Positions 18,234 through 27,880 of a DNA stretch of 32,000 bases are shown one piece after another. A program made the translations under genes and the position numbers. This DNA comes from Chryseolinea sp. Lineage in GTDB: Bacteria; Bacteroidota; Bacteroidia; Cytophagales; Cyclobacteriaceae. Under the pieces are notes generated by a model. That model saw nothing but the letters and a program-made list of their open reading frames with translations. It was not told the DNA's origin and did not search any database. The DNA lies in assembly GCA_043775455.1 (NCBI GenBank), contig JAYVSJ010000137.1, positions 12,317 through 44,316 on the forward strand, in the 5' to 3' direction. Position 1 is the stretch's first letter. Every line of letters begins with the position of its first letter.

Positions 18234-19148
18234 TTAGTGGTTCACTTTTACAAAAGCAGTATCAGGCAATCCATAATTACCGGAAATCAAAAATTTAGAA
18301 TTTACTTTGAACGTTGGCGATATTATTTCTACCGATTCGCTATTCCGATTTCCCAATGTTACATCTACCCGAACCGCTGTTGAATCATTCACCAATTCCA
18401 TCACCCAAAAATTCTCCAGCATCTCATCACTCAGCACACATTCTTTTGGAAGTACTTGTTGAAGTGTCTTTGTGTTTTTATTTACGATCACTTTTACAAT
18501 CAGATTCTCAGGAAGAAAAACACGGTCGTTTGATTTGGCTAGGATGGTTTGTGTTTGCGCTAATGAGTTCATGGAAGAGAGTGCCGCGATAAAGGTTGCG
18601 GGATGGATGGAGTTATCGGGCAATACTAAATAACATTTCATTCCCGATTTTGTAAAATCGCTAAACTCAAATGGAACATTCACAGCAAATACCAACTCAT
18701 TGCTTTTCGCGATGGTGCAAAGCTGCCCACCTTCCAATACATAATCGCCAATCTCTTGTTTATCAAGCGTACTGATAATTCCAGATGCTGGAGCCGTAAC
18801 AACAATTTTTCCAAATAAAGTAGAGGAAGAATCAGGGATGACCGCTTGTGGCCCCAACGCTCTTCCTTCTTTTGTTTCCAATTGATAAAGCACTTGCCCT
18901 TCCACTACAGACTCGCCAAGTTTGATAAAGACCTCTGTAATGAATGCCGGAATGGGCGATGTTACTACATTTCGTTTTAAATAAACCGTATTGGAAGACA
19001 ATGTAAGTTCATCTTTAACAATGCCTTTGTTTAGTTCAACAACAGTAACAGAAACTTTAGCCTTTATTGTTGACTCCTCTTCTTGTAGCGGTTTGCTACA
19101 GGCAGCAAAAAGGGCAAGGATCAAAATGTATTTCGAATTTATTTGCAT
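18234..19148 (-). CDS. Efflux RND periplasmic adaptor (MFP/HlyD family) lipoprotein
   Basis: 304 aa with lipobox LFAACS and barrel-sandwich/lipoyl-like segments (VEGQVLYQLE, GDYVLEGGQLCTI). The gene is 16 nt upstream of the RND gene and 4 nt after the TolC-like gene. Confidence 0.8.
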   Translation of the reverse strand: MQINSKYILILALFAACSKPLQEEESTIKAKVSVTVVELNKGIVKDELTLSSNTVYLKRNVVTSPIPAFITEVFIKLGESVVEGQVLYQLETKEGRALGPQAVIPDSSSTLFGKIVVTAPASGIISTLDKQEIGDYVLEGGQLCTIAKSNELVFAVNVPFEFSDFTKSGMKCYLVLPDNSIHPATFIAALSSMNSLAQTQTILAKSNDRVFLPENLIVKVIVNKNTKTLQQVLPKECVLSDEMLENFWVMELVNDSTAVRVDVTLGNRNSESVEIISPTFKVNSKFLISGNYGLPDTAFVKVNH

Positions 19149-19152
19149 AGTC

Positions 19153-20442
19153 TTACCAGTTCCAGTAGTTATAAAGATTAATTAATTGCTGCTTGTTCGA
19201 TTGAAGAAGTACAAAGTCACGTTGCGTGCTAATGTAGCTTTTTAGTATAGTCACATAATTGATCACAGAGAGTTGACCACGGCTTACTTCCAAACGATAA
19301 AATCTAAATAGGTTTTGATATTCTTTCAGCTGGTCGTCTATCATCACCAACCGCTCTGTGATCGATTTTAGTTCTGCTAATATTTTGGATTTACGCAAAT
19401 TGTTCTGATTGTAAAAGAAATTTCTATACGCTTGTGTAGATTTCATTAAAACTGAAGTTCGTTGTTGCGAAAGGTTGCGTTGCTTACCATCTGTTAAGGT
19501 CATGCTAAAGTTTATACCGGCACTCACTCCAAATCGATTTGCAAGGGTCGGTGCATAGACTGCATTCAATCCTGTATTGGCATAAACACCTACAAGTGGC
19601 TTGTATTTTAATTCAAAAACTTTCTGTGTTAATGCCAGATTTAAACTATCTAGCCGAAAACGTTCCGCAAATTTTGAAACTGTGACTTCTTCACCGAGCA
19701 ACAAATCAACTTCCGCTAATACTTGATAACTTGTATCTGCAACACCACATAGCACACGCAAATCCATCAAATCTCTTCTGTAAGTAGATTGAAATGAATT
19801 TAAAGCCACTTGCTGTATTTTTTGTTCGATGGTTATTAACGAGAGATCAGATTGCTTTGCAATACCATTTTCAACAAGTTTTAACACAATTTCCTTTTGG
19901 CTATTGACGATCTTGGTAAGATCATCGAGGAATTGTATTTGTTTATAATCTTGAAGACAAAGAATATATTGATCGGTAATAAACTTTTCCAAATCATGAC
20001 CAGTCAATTGAACCGTGTTCTCATTGAGCTGTGCTCCAATCATCGTTTGCTCGGCATTCGCCCTGAATCTACTTTCATTGAATAAGGGTTGATTAAAATT
20101 CAATAGTCCCTGATAGACTCCACCATTACTTGCCGCGATATCATACCCCGTATAATTTACAGCTTCGGTTGGATTTAAAACCAATTCAGACTTTCCATTG
20201 TCACGCGAGATGATGGGAGAGAATTGATAATTGCCCGAAAGGCTAATCTGTGCTTTGGTATAAAATGCTTTCAACCTATCGATCTCCAATCGCGCAGCTT
20301 CACTCTGGTTTTTGTTATCCTGAATTAGCGGACTGTTGGCCTTTGCCTGCTCAATGTAAAACGCAAGATCTTTTTGCGCGAAAAGATGAGTTGAACACAA
20401 AAGTAAGGTAACGGCTACTACCGATGGTATGAATTGCTTCAT
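19153..20442 (-). CDS. TolC family outer membrane efflux protein
   Basis: 429 aa with a signal peptide. A two-repeat coiled-coil/beta-barrel pattern is typical of Bacteroidota TolC-like OMFs. It sits at the head of the MFP-RND pair. Confidence 0.85.
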   Translation of the reverse strand: MKQFIPSVVAVTLLLCSTHLFAQKDLAFYIEQAKANSPLIQDNKNQSEAARLEIDRLKAFYTKAQISLSGNYQFSPIISRDNGKSELVLNPTEAVNYTGYDIAASNGGVYQGLLNFNQPLFNESRFRANAEQTMIGAQLNENTVQLTGHDLEKFITDQYILCLQDYKQIQFLDDLTKIVNSQKEIVLKLVENGIAKQSDLSLITIEQKIQQVALNSFQSTYRRDLMDLRVLCGVADTSYQVLAEVDLLLGEEVTVSKFAERFRLDSLNLALTQKVFELKYKPLVGVYANTGLNAVYAPTLANRFGVSAGINFSMTLTDGKQRNLSQQRTSVLMKSTQAYRNFFYNQNNLRKSKILAELKSITERLVMIDDQLKEYQNLFRFYRLEVSRGQLSVINYVTILKSYISTQRDFVLLQSNKQQLINLYNYWNW

Positions 20443-20470
20443 CTTCTAAATTCTCTGATGGTTATTTTTT

Positions 20471-21526
20471 TTATTTCATTCCGAATTCCAACACCATAAA
20501 GGTTCCCGGAACTACGCTGGGTCTTGGATGAGGATTTTCTGTAGTGGCATCTGGTGTTGCGCCATATTGAGCCGTGGAAACAAAAATGTGATGCGTCTTC
20601 TGATCAATCGTTATGGTTCTTGCACCGGGTTCTGTTTTGATGGTTTCAATGGCCTTAAATTCGTTGGCTGAAATTTCCTGAACAACGGTTACAGTGCCCT
20701 CGCCATTTGAACTGAATGCCATCTTTAATTTTGGATCGAACACAACACCATCTCCGCGTTTACCAATCGGAACTTGTGCAACGATGTTTCCTTTTTCAGA
20801 ATCCAGAATGATCATCAGTTCATTGTGACAAACGGTAAACAATCTCTTTGTTTTCAAATCAATTGCTAAGCCTGTAGGTTCTTCACCGGGAGACAACTTC
20901 CATCTATTCTTAACGACTAATGTCTTTGCATCAAATGAAACAATCTCGCTATCATCCTCTAAGTTTACAAAGATGGTTCCTTTTTCATCGCTTGCTCCGG
21001 CTTCCAATGCAGTGCCGCCAAGTTCAATCGTTCCAACTACTTTACCGGCAACAATATCAATAGCCGTTGCTGTTACATCGCTGTGATTGAAAATGAAAAC
21101 ACGTTTCGAAAATTCATCGTACAACAATGCATCTGGGTTTTTTCCGGTAGGTAATTCAACAATGGGCTTTAATGTTTTTAAATCAAAAATGGTAGCCGTG
21201 TTACTTCTTCCATTGGTTGTAATGCCGCGACCAGATTTCGGCACTGCAATTACACCATGCACACCTTGAAGGTTTGGTATCACACCAATTTTTTCGTGCG
21301 TATCGGCATTGAGCACTTCTACTTGTGTGCTATGCGATATATAGAGCCTCCGATTTTCATGATCTACCGACAAGTAATCCCAACCGCCTTCACCACCGAT
21401 TACGGTTTTCTTTATCAGATGAAATTGTGCTGTCTGAGCGAGTACATTACTTGCTGAGAGAATAGCGATGAGCCCGAAGGCGAGTTGAATGCGGAGTGTT
21501 GTTTTCATTTTATTTTTTTTTGACAA
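20471..21526 (-). CDS. YncE-like / YVTN-repeat beta-propeller protein, secreted
   Basis: 351 aa with a signal peptide (LSASNVLAQ). It has repeated ~40-aa blades with the YVTN-type pattern (RRLYISHSTQVEVLN, KRVFIFNHSDVTATAID, KRLFTVCHNELMIILD). Confidence 0.7.
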   Translation of the reverse strand: MSKKNKMKTTLRIQLAFGLIAILSASNVLAQTAQFHLIKKTVIGGEGGWDYLSVDHENRRLYISHSTQVEVLNADTHEKIGVIPNLQGVHGVIAVPKSGRGITTNGRSNTATIFDLKTLKPIVELPTGKNPDALLYDEFSKRVFIFNHSDVTATAIDIVAGKVVGTIELGGTALEAGASDEKGTIFVNLEDDSEIVSFDAKTLVVKNRWKLSPGEEPTGLAIDLKTKRLFTVCHNELMIILDSEKGNIVAQVPIGKRGDGVVFDPKLKMAFSSNGEGTVTVVQEISANEFKAIETIKTEPGARTITIDQKTHHIFVSTAQYGATPDATTENPHPRPSVVPGTFMVLEFGMK

Positions 21527-21573
21527 GACATTATTTGTGATTAGACAATTTCTATGTTTGTTTTATTCCCTTA

Positions 21574-22338
21574 TCAGAAGGTATAACTAAAATAAATTCC
21601 TCCCGACTTATTTGAATACGATGGCATGACAACCACTTTATTCTTTTTACCTCCCCATTTATATCGATGAGTAAGGTAAGCAATGTTTGTTGATAGAATT
21701 CCAATAGCCGCACCTGCTAATACATCTGACACCCAATGACGATTATTCATTACGCGCAACACCCCGACACTGGTCGCTACAGAGTATGCACCGATGCTAT
21801 ACCAAACACTTTTATGTCCGTATTCTTTGGCCATAAACGTAGCGGCTGCAAATGCCTGGGCAGTATGACCAGATGGAAATGAGGTTGGCTCGCCAGTATC
21901 CGGGCGAGGTACTGCAGTAACTTTTTTGAGTGAATAGGTAAGCACCGTCATCATCAATTCAGCTTTGATTATTATGGCTGTTCGATTTCCAAAATTATTT
22001 TTTCCTTTTACACCAGCAGCATTTAAACCATACACGGTAACAATGGGAACGTATTGCAAATAATCATCTATGTGTGTTCTGAATTGCGAAAATTTTTCCT
22101 TGCGTTCTTCTTGAGCTTCTTCATTACTAAAATATTCATTATGTGTTTTTGCAATCAACGCAGCACCTGTCAAGATGATTGGAGCAGTAAAGGCTTTTCT
22201 TAGCTGATGTGTTGGATCGGCTGTATACTTTAAAGTAAGTGTATCACTTTGGAGTTTAATCTGACCTAACGAATATTCAATGCTTAGCAAAATGCTAAAC
22301 AAAATAAAAAAGCCAATTATATTTTTTGTGATTTTCAT
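21574..22338 (-). CDS. PAP2 family (type 2 phosphatidic acid / lipid phosphate) phosphatase
   Basis: 254 aa. All three PAP2 motifs are present: KKVTAVPRP, PSGHT, and LRVMNNRHWVSDV (SRxxxxxHxxxD-like). It has an N-terminal signal/TM segment and several further TM segments. Confidence 0.85.
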   Translation of the reverse strand: MKITKNIIGFFILFSILLSIEYSLGQIKLQSDTLTLKYTADPTHQLRKAFTAPIILTGAALIAKTHNEYFSNEEAQEERKEKFSQFRTHIDDYLQYVPIVTVYGLNAAGVKGKNNFGNRTAIIIKAELMMTVLTYSLKKVTAVPRPDTGEPTSFPSGHTAQAFAAATFMAKEYGHKSVWYSIGAYSVATSVGVLRVMNNRHWVSDVLAGAAIGILSTNIAYLTHRYKWGGKKNKVVVMPSYSNKSGGIYFSYTF

Positions 22339-22373
22339 AAAGAAGACAATAATATTCTATCGGCTTTTCTTTC

Positions 22374-22826
22374 TTAATCATTCTCCTCAGTTTCTTCTGT
22401 TTTCATTAACAGTTTACCGTTGCTATCAAAAATAAGCTCGAATGTCTTCTCTCCTTTTTCAACTTCAGCTTCATAAGTAGTAACACCATTGGATACAATT
22501 TTTGCAACCTCTTCTATTTTATAGCCTGCGTAAACTTTTTTCAATGTCTCTTGTATGACTTTAGGTAGTTCACTTTTATCAATTTCTGTTTCCACTTCTT
22601 TGATCATTCCCATGTCATTTAATAAAACCGACATGTCTTTTTTGCTAAGATCAAAACTGGCTTCAAATGAACCATCTTCTTTATCCCATTTCACATCTTT
22701 GGCTGAAGGATATGCTTTCGTAAAAGCATCCTTCACCACTTTCGGAACTTCACCCTCCTTAATTTTCTGGGCACTCATCTGGCTTACCATCAAGCCTAAT
22801 AGCGCAATTGCAATTAGCTTTTTCAT
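22374..22826 (-). CDS. PepSY-like (DUF2874-type) periplasmic protein
   Basis: 150 aa with a signal peptide. It is a two-fold repeat of the P..V...F...YP.A....W pattern (VPKVVKDAFTKAYPSAKDVKW; LPKVIQETLKKVYAGYKIEEV), which is typical of this Bacteroidota family. Confidence 0.7.
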   Translation of the reverse strand: MKKLIAIALLGLMVSQMSAQKIKEGEVPKVVKDAFTKAYPSAKDVKWDKEDGSFEASFDLSKKDMSVLLNDMGMIKEVETEIDKSELPKVIQETLKKVYAGYKIEEVAKIVSNGVTTYEAEVEKGEKTFELIFDSNGKLLMKTEETEEND

Positions 22827-22881
22827 AATCGTTGGGTTTTACATCCAAACTAACGACATGATTTTGTAGAGATTCGGGATT

Positions 22882-24159
22882 TTAAAGACTGACTGAAAAA
22901 AGATGAGAATTATTTTTATACTGGTACCGAACGGAAATTCCACTTGAATCGCATATCTTCTTTACAATAGCGAGACCCAAACCCGTACTGGTTTGATTCG
23001 TATCACCTTTTTGAAACCGATCATAGATTCTTTCGGGTGAAATGATCGAAGGATTTCCTGGGTTCGAAATGCGCCATTCCCGGCCGGAAATAGTAATCGT
23101 AACAACACCATGCTCAGAATTATGCTTGATTGCATTTGAAATCAGATTGGAAAGAAGAATATCAATCAAGGTAGGATTAAAAGAAATTTCCAGGTCATTT
23201 TGAAATGAAGTGTGAATGCGAATGCCACTAGATGCCGCTTGCTTATCAAAGATTTCTATAAGCTTATTCGTAAGGACTACAATATTTACGGACTCGGTTT
23301 CAATAAACTGGTTGTTTTCAATTTTAGAAAGTAACAATAATGCTTTGTTCAACTTTGAAAGCCGTGAAGTAGCACCCAATAATGAAACCATCAGCTGCGC
23401 TTGTTCTTCCGAAAGATTTTTAGTCTGCATCAGCAATTCCAACTTCGATTGAAATACAGCCAACGGACTTTGCATTTCGTGTGCTGCGTTTTCTGTAAAC
23501 TCTTTTTGGTTGAGATACGATTTATAATTGCGATCCGCCAACCGTTTGATCGAATTATTCAAGTCCATAAATTCTTTTACCGAAGAAGAACCCAACACCA
23601 ACTGAGGTGTTTTCTCTACTTCAAAATTCTCTAACTTTTCGAGTGTATCATAGAACGGTTTCCATATCCGTATTGAAACGCGCCAGTTAATAATCAGCAG
23701 TCCAGCTAATAATATAATTAACACGATGGCTTGCGTTAACCCGATAGCCTCAATGAGGTCTTCGCTTTCAACCAATGAAATTCGTGCCGTAAGATGATAG
23801 GGGACATTTTCCAATGTAACAGTAGAAGACAGAACACGATACGGTTCCATTTCATCCGCAAGGCTATCATACTGAACGATAAAGTAAATGCTGTCCTTAA
23901 ATTTCTTTCCATCTGCCGGTGTGATTTTTACATCGCCATCCAAATCGGCCCACATCAAAAGATCGCTTGCCGATTTCATTTTTTGAATGCGCACTTGTAT
24001 CTCTTGTTTCTGCAACAGCAAAGCCTCATCTACATCTTCTATGAAAAGTCTATCGATAACAAGATAAAATACAGGCGTAACCACCAACAAAACAACGACC
24101 GAGTAAATCAAATAATGTAGCGTGGTGCGATTCAGTAATTTCATAACCTCAAACTTCAA
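22882..24159 (-). CDS. Sensor histidine kinase
   Basis: 425 aa. Two TM segments flank a ~120-aa periplasmic region. H-box AAHEMQSPL. HATPase N/G boxes: LISNAIKHN, GLGLAIVKKI. Confidence 0.9.
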   Translation of the reverse strand: MKFEVMKLLNRTTLHYLIYSVVVLLVVTPVFYLVIDRLFIEDVDEALLLQKQEIQVRIQKMKSASDLLMWADLDGDVKITPADGKKFKDSIYFIVQYDSLADEMEPYRVLSSTVTLENVPYHLTARISLVESEDLIEAIGLTQAIVLIILLAGLLIINWRVSIRIWKPFYDTLEKLENFEVEKTPQLVLGSSSVKEFMDLNNSIKRLADRNYKSYLNQKEFTENAAHEMQSPLAVFQSKLELLMQTKNLSEEQAQLMVSLLGATSRLSKLNKALLLLSKIENNQFIETESVNIVVLTNKLIEIFDKQAASSGIRIHTSFQNDLEISFNPTLIDILLSNLISNAIKHNSEHGVVTITISGREWRISNPGNPSIISPERIYDRFQKGDTNQTSTGLGLAIVKKICDSSGISVRYQYKNNSHLFSVSL

Positions 24160-24823
24160 ACTTATAACCTAACCCATAAACCGTTTTAATATAATCAACA
24201 CTTCCTGCTTCAGTCATTTTCCGTTTCAGGTTTTTAATGTGTGAATAAACGAAATCATAATTATCAAAACGATCGGCATCATCGCCCGATAAATGCTCGC
24301 CTATTGCATCTTTAGAAATTACCTTGTTTTTATTGGAGATCAAAAAAAGTAAAAGTTCGAATTCACTCTTTGTAAGATCCATTTTATTTTTTCCTATCAA
24401 CGCTGTTTTGCCAGATACATCGAGTGTTACATTATCAAGTAAAACCAAATTCGATCCTTCAAATTTATTTCGTCTGATCAGGGCCTTAATTCGTGCTCCC
24501 AATTCGGCCAAGTGAAAAGGCTTAGAAAGATAATCGTCAGCACCGATTTCCAATCCATCAATTTTATCATCAAGCGAATTTTTGGCGGAGACAATTATAA
24601 CACCAACTTCTTTCTTTGTTTTCTTTAGTTCTCTTAACAATGTCAGGCCACTGCCACCGGGCAAGGTGATATCGAGAAGAATGCAATCGTAGGTATAAAG
24701 TGTTATTTTTTCTTTGGCTGTGTCAAAATCAGAAACAGTTTCGCACACATAGTTCTCTCCTTCCAGATAATGAACAATGCTTTTCGCCAATTCATTCTCG
24801 TCTTCGATGATCAGGATTTTCAT
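24149..24823 (-). CDS. OmpR/PhoB-family response regulator
   Basis: 224 aa. Receiver domain (MKILIIEDE, phospho-Asp context CILLDITLPG, conserved K in LSKPF) and a winged-helix C-terminus (YIKTVYGLGYKF). It overlaps the kinase start by 11 nt. Confidence 0.95.
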   Translation of the reverse strand: MKILIIEDENELAKSIVHYLEGENYVCETVSDFDTAKEKITLYTYDCILLDITLPGGSGLTLLRELKKTKKEVGVIIVSAKNSLDDKIDGLEIGADDYLSKPFHLAELGARIKALIRRNKFEGSNLVLLDNVTLDVSGKTALIGKNKMDLTKSEFELLLFLISNKNKVISKDAIGEHLSGDDADRFDNYDFVYSHIKNLKRKMTEAGSVDYIKTVYGLGYKFEV

Positions 24824-24952
24824 TGAATCAAATATATAAATACAATTATGGAGAAATGTTGTATAACCGCTTCATTCGAAAAACATTTATGTGTTCTACC
24901 GGTTTTTGCTGCCGATCTTAGTTTAACCATTTATACTGTACTATGCACTTTA

Positions 24953-24994
24953 CATAGTCCATCATCAATAATTAAACTTTGATGATGGACTATG
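24953..24994 (-). terminator. Strong hairpin after the DUF2141 gene (probable terminator)
   Basis: Perfect 15-bp inverted repeat catagtccatcatca (24953-24967) / tgatgatggactatg (24980-24994) with a 12-nt loop. It begins 10 nt past the stop at 25004. No clear U tract follows. Confidence 0.55.
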
Positions 24995-25003
24995 AACACC
25001 TTT

Positions 25004-25447
25004 CTAATCGTTTATCAATAAAGAGTATATTAAATGTTGTTCAGAGAATTCGAATTTTAGTTTGGAAAATGTAGGCATCCCTGAAAACAGAGACAAGTTC
25101 CAATCATTTGAAAAACCCATTGGTTCATTGGGAAATCCCCACGTATGGTCAAGCGTTCTGTTTGCATTTTTATCATGAAAAAGAATGGCTGCATATTCAC
25201 CATATTGTAATTGCGGGAAGGGTATCACCGCCTTACCATCTTTAATATCAACAGCTACTTGTAAGAATGGCGTTTTCGGAATATCATCTTCTTTTCTGAA
25301 CAAATGAACGATAGCTTTGCCCGTATCACTTTTAAAGTTACTGGCATTAATGGTTAGCGTGCCCAAAACTTGAGTGTTGCCAACATGGCTTGTGAACAGT
25401 AGAAGCCAACCGATTGCCACTACTTTGAAAGATATTATATTCTTCAT
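25004..25447 (-). CDS. DUF2141 family secreted protein
   Basis: 147 aa with a signal peptide. Family-typical segment YGEYAAILFHDKNANRTLDHTWGFPNEPMGFSND. Confidence 0.7.
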   Translation of the reverse strand: MKNIISFKVVAIGWLLLFTSHVGNTQVLGTLTINASNFKSDTGKAIVHLFRKEDDIPKTPFLQVAVDIKDGKAVIPFPQLQYGEYAAILFHDKNANRTLDHTWGFPNEPMGFSNDWNLSLFSGMPTFSKLKFEFSEQHLIYSLLIND

Positions 25448-25462
25448 ATTAAGTTTTAGTTT

Positions 25463-27862
25463 TTATTCGTAGGCCAATGCTTCACGCGTTGTAATTTTAT
25501 TTGCTCTTCGAGCAGGAAAAAGTGTTGCTACAAAGGAGCCCATGACAATAATGATTGCCCACACTCCCAAGGCTAGTTTCGAAACAGTTAAGGTGAGCGG
25601 AATTCCGAATGATATTTTTCCAATAAACTGGCCCATATAGATTGATAATATCAATGAGAGAATTACAGCAATGGAAAAACTTAATCCACCAATAAACAAT
25701 CCTTCCCACATCACCAGGTTTCTGATTTTCTTCGGAGTAGCTCCAATCGCGCGCATCACACCAATTTCTCGTGTGCGTTCTAAAATATTCATGCTCATGG
25801 TCGACATCAATCCAAGCGTGCCAACAAGCGCCATCAATATGGCCATCGCCATAAGCGAGTTTACCATTACCTTCATGTGACCAGCAATTGCATTTTGTAG
25901 CAACCAAACAGGGATGGTTCCGCTAACAGAGATATTTTCTTTTCCTAACAAGGACTCTACTTCAAGATTTTTACGCATGGCATTTTCCTTGGATCGATCT
26001 GCGTACGAAATCCTGAGCATCTTCGCCTTATTGGTGGTGTTCATTATTTTGGATAAGACTTCATACGAAACATAGGCGGTGGCCGGTGAACCGACATCTT
26101 CCGTAAATCCAATTACATGCCATTCAGTAGGTACACCTTCGATACTTAATGAAATCGGGTCTCCAATTTTTAATGAACCTCTTGCCGATTGATTTAACAC
26201 AACATCATTTATCGAACTGTTATGTAACCACTTTCCATCTACAACCGAAAGATTTAATAATTGTGTAGGTATAGGGAGCGCAAGCATCGTAAAACTTCCA
26301 TGTCCTTTATCAGGATATGTTTGTGTTACTTCAATTGAATTATCTTTACTTACAGCGGTAGGCGAGTAGTTCCATCCTTCCACAACACGTACTCCGGGAA
26401 TCTTTCTTATCTTTTCAAGAATGGAATTAGCATCAATTGAATTATTCAGTTTTACTTCGAGATCATACAGTCGTTGTGTATAAATTTGTTTCAGGTTTTC
26501 ATTCCATGCTTCCGATACATTCAATGCCATCATGAACATAGCACCACCAGTTGCCAATAAGCCAAGTGTCATGTATAAGCGAGAGCGTTGTCTGAATACA
26601 TTTCGGATGGAAAGCAAAAGAGTTTCACTGATGAAATTAAACTGTGAAAGTTTCATTGTCCAGGAATTCGTCTTCACATTCTGTATATCCACACCATGAT
26701 TATCTAACGCATTGCGCACCGAGATTCTGCTTCCACGAATAACAGGAAAGGCCGCTGCTATAATCGGAATAATAATACCTGAAGAAACCTGTACTAAAGG
26801 AACCCAAAACGGTATGGAAGTATTTCTGATTTCGAGATTGAGGAGCACAGCTATCTGATTATAAAAACCGGCCGCGGCAAGTGTGCTCAACGGTATCGCG
26901 ATGGCCAATGCTACAATACAAAGTAGAAGGATCATAACTAAATACATTCTCGAAACCTGTGAGGATGTTGCGCCAATTGTTTTCATCACACCGATTTGTC
27001 TAATTTGTTTTACCATCAATGTGGCCATGGAAGTTGCCACCAGTATCGAACCGAGAATAAGAATAAGAAAACTGAAAATAATAAAGATGGTCATCACCGT
27101 ACTCATCTGCCCTTGATGCGGATGTTTTCCCGGTGGCGGCACTTGAATCTCATGAACATCGTATCCGGCCTTCGTCAATTGTGCGGCAACTTCTTGGGCT
27201 TTTTTGGTAATATGTTCTTTGGAATCTGAATGTTCACTTACCAGGATTCGGAGTTGATCAAAATCTTGCGTTTCACCCAGCAACCGAAGTGTAGAAAGAG
27301 TAATATACCCATATCCTGATTGCTCTTGCCATGCCGGTGCAAGACCAGGATCGTGAACCGTTCCAACTAATTTTAATTTTTGTGGTTCCCCGTTTGGTGT
27401 TTTAATAATAATTTCATCACCTTCCTTCGCTTGCATCACACCATACGCTGTGCGTTCAACAAGCATGGTTCCTGTTGAAGGTTCTGATTCTCCTGAAATG
27501 TGATATACTTTATTTGTTCTTTTATCTTTATAATCATCAATGATAAAAAGAAGTAATGGATACCATTTCTCACCTACCTTCATTCTGGCTATAATCGTAG
27601 CATGTCGTTCGGCTTCTGCTATTCCAGAAAACTGTTTGATGGTATCAACAAGACCTTTTGAAATCTTTCCTTCTATTTCAATGGTAGCAGATGCCGGTAC
27701 AGTCCCCATATAATTATCTTTCATCTCGCGTTTGATCACACTGTACCCTCCGAGGATAGAACCGATTCCAAAAACACCAATACCAATGGCCAATACAAAC
27801 ATGAGGTTTTTTGAGTAGTCTGATGTAAGATCACGAATGACCTTCCTGTATCTTATTTTCAT
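25463..27862 (-). CDS. ABC transporter permease with tandem MacB/FtsX-type modules
   Basis: 799 aa. It contains two repeats of the unit TM, ~200-aa periplasmic domain, 3-TM FtsX domain. The FtsX signatures are QIRQIGVMKTIGATSSQV and RTREIGVMRAIGATPKKI. Confidence 0.9.
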   Translation of the reverse strand: MKIRYRKVIRDLTSDYSKNLMFVLAIGIGVFGIGSILGGYSVIKREMKDNYMGTVPASATIEIEGKISKGLVDTIKQFSGIAEAERHATIIARMKVGEKWYPLLLFIIDDYKDKRTNKVYHISGESEPSTGTMLVERTAYGVMQAKEGDEIIIKTPNGEPQKLKLVGTVHDPGLAPAWQEQSGYGYITLSTLRLLGETQDFDQLRILVSEHSDSKEHITKKAQEVAAQLTKAGYDVHEIQVPPPGKHPHQGQMSTVMTIFIIFSFLILILGSILVATSMATLMVKQIRQIGVMKTIGATSSQVSRMYLVMILLLCIVALAIAIPLSTLAAAGFYNQIAVLLNLEIRNTSIPFWVPLVQVSSGIIIPIIAAAFPVIRGSRISVRNALDNHGVDIQNVKTNSWTMKLSQFNFISETLLLSIRNVFRQRSRLYMTLGLLATGGAMFMMALNVSEAWNENLKQIYTQRLYDLEVKLNNSIDANSILEKIRKIPGVRVVEGWNYSPTAVSKDNSIEVTQTYPDKGHGSFTMLALPIPTQLLNLSVVDGKWLHNSSINDVVLNQSARGSLKIGDPISLSIEGVPTEWHVIGFTEDVGSPATAYVSYEVLSKIMNTTNKAKMLRISYADRSKENAMRKNLEVESLLGKENISVSGTIPVWLLQNAIAGHMKVMVNSLMAMAILMALVGTLGLMSTMSMNILERTREIGVMRAIGATPKKIRNLVMWEGLFIGGLSFSIAVILSLILSIYMGQFIGKISFGIPLTLTVSKLALGVWAIIIVMGSFVATLFPARRANKITTREALAYE

Positions 27863-27880
27863 AATTTATTTTCTAATTTT

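Noticed and set aside
755-24515. Many 60-114 aa ORFs nested antisense or out of frame inside long, well-supported genes. Examples are 755..979, 2728..2913, 5333..5620, 11465..11809, 17819..18094, 22555..22869, 23794..24120 and 24324..24515.
   Set aside because: These are shadow ORFs. Their composition is low-complexity or Cys/Arg/Ser-rich, they carry no motifs, and each lies wholly within a gene whose product has clear family signatures.
25497-25907. A 136-aa same-strand, alternative-frame ORF inside the 3' end of the ABC permease gene.
   Set aside because: The permease frame encodes a canonical second FtsX domain across this region. The alternative frame is rich in Trp, His and Cys and is not protein-like.
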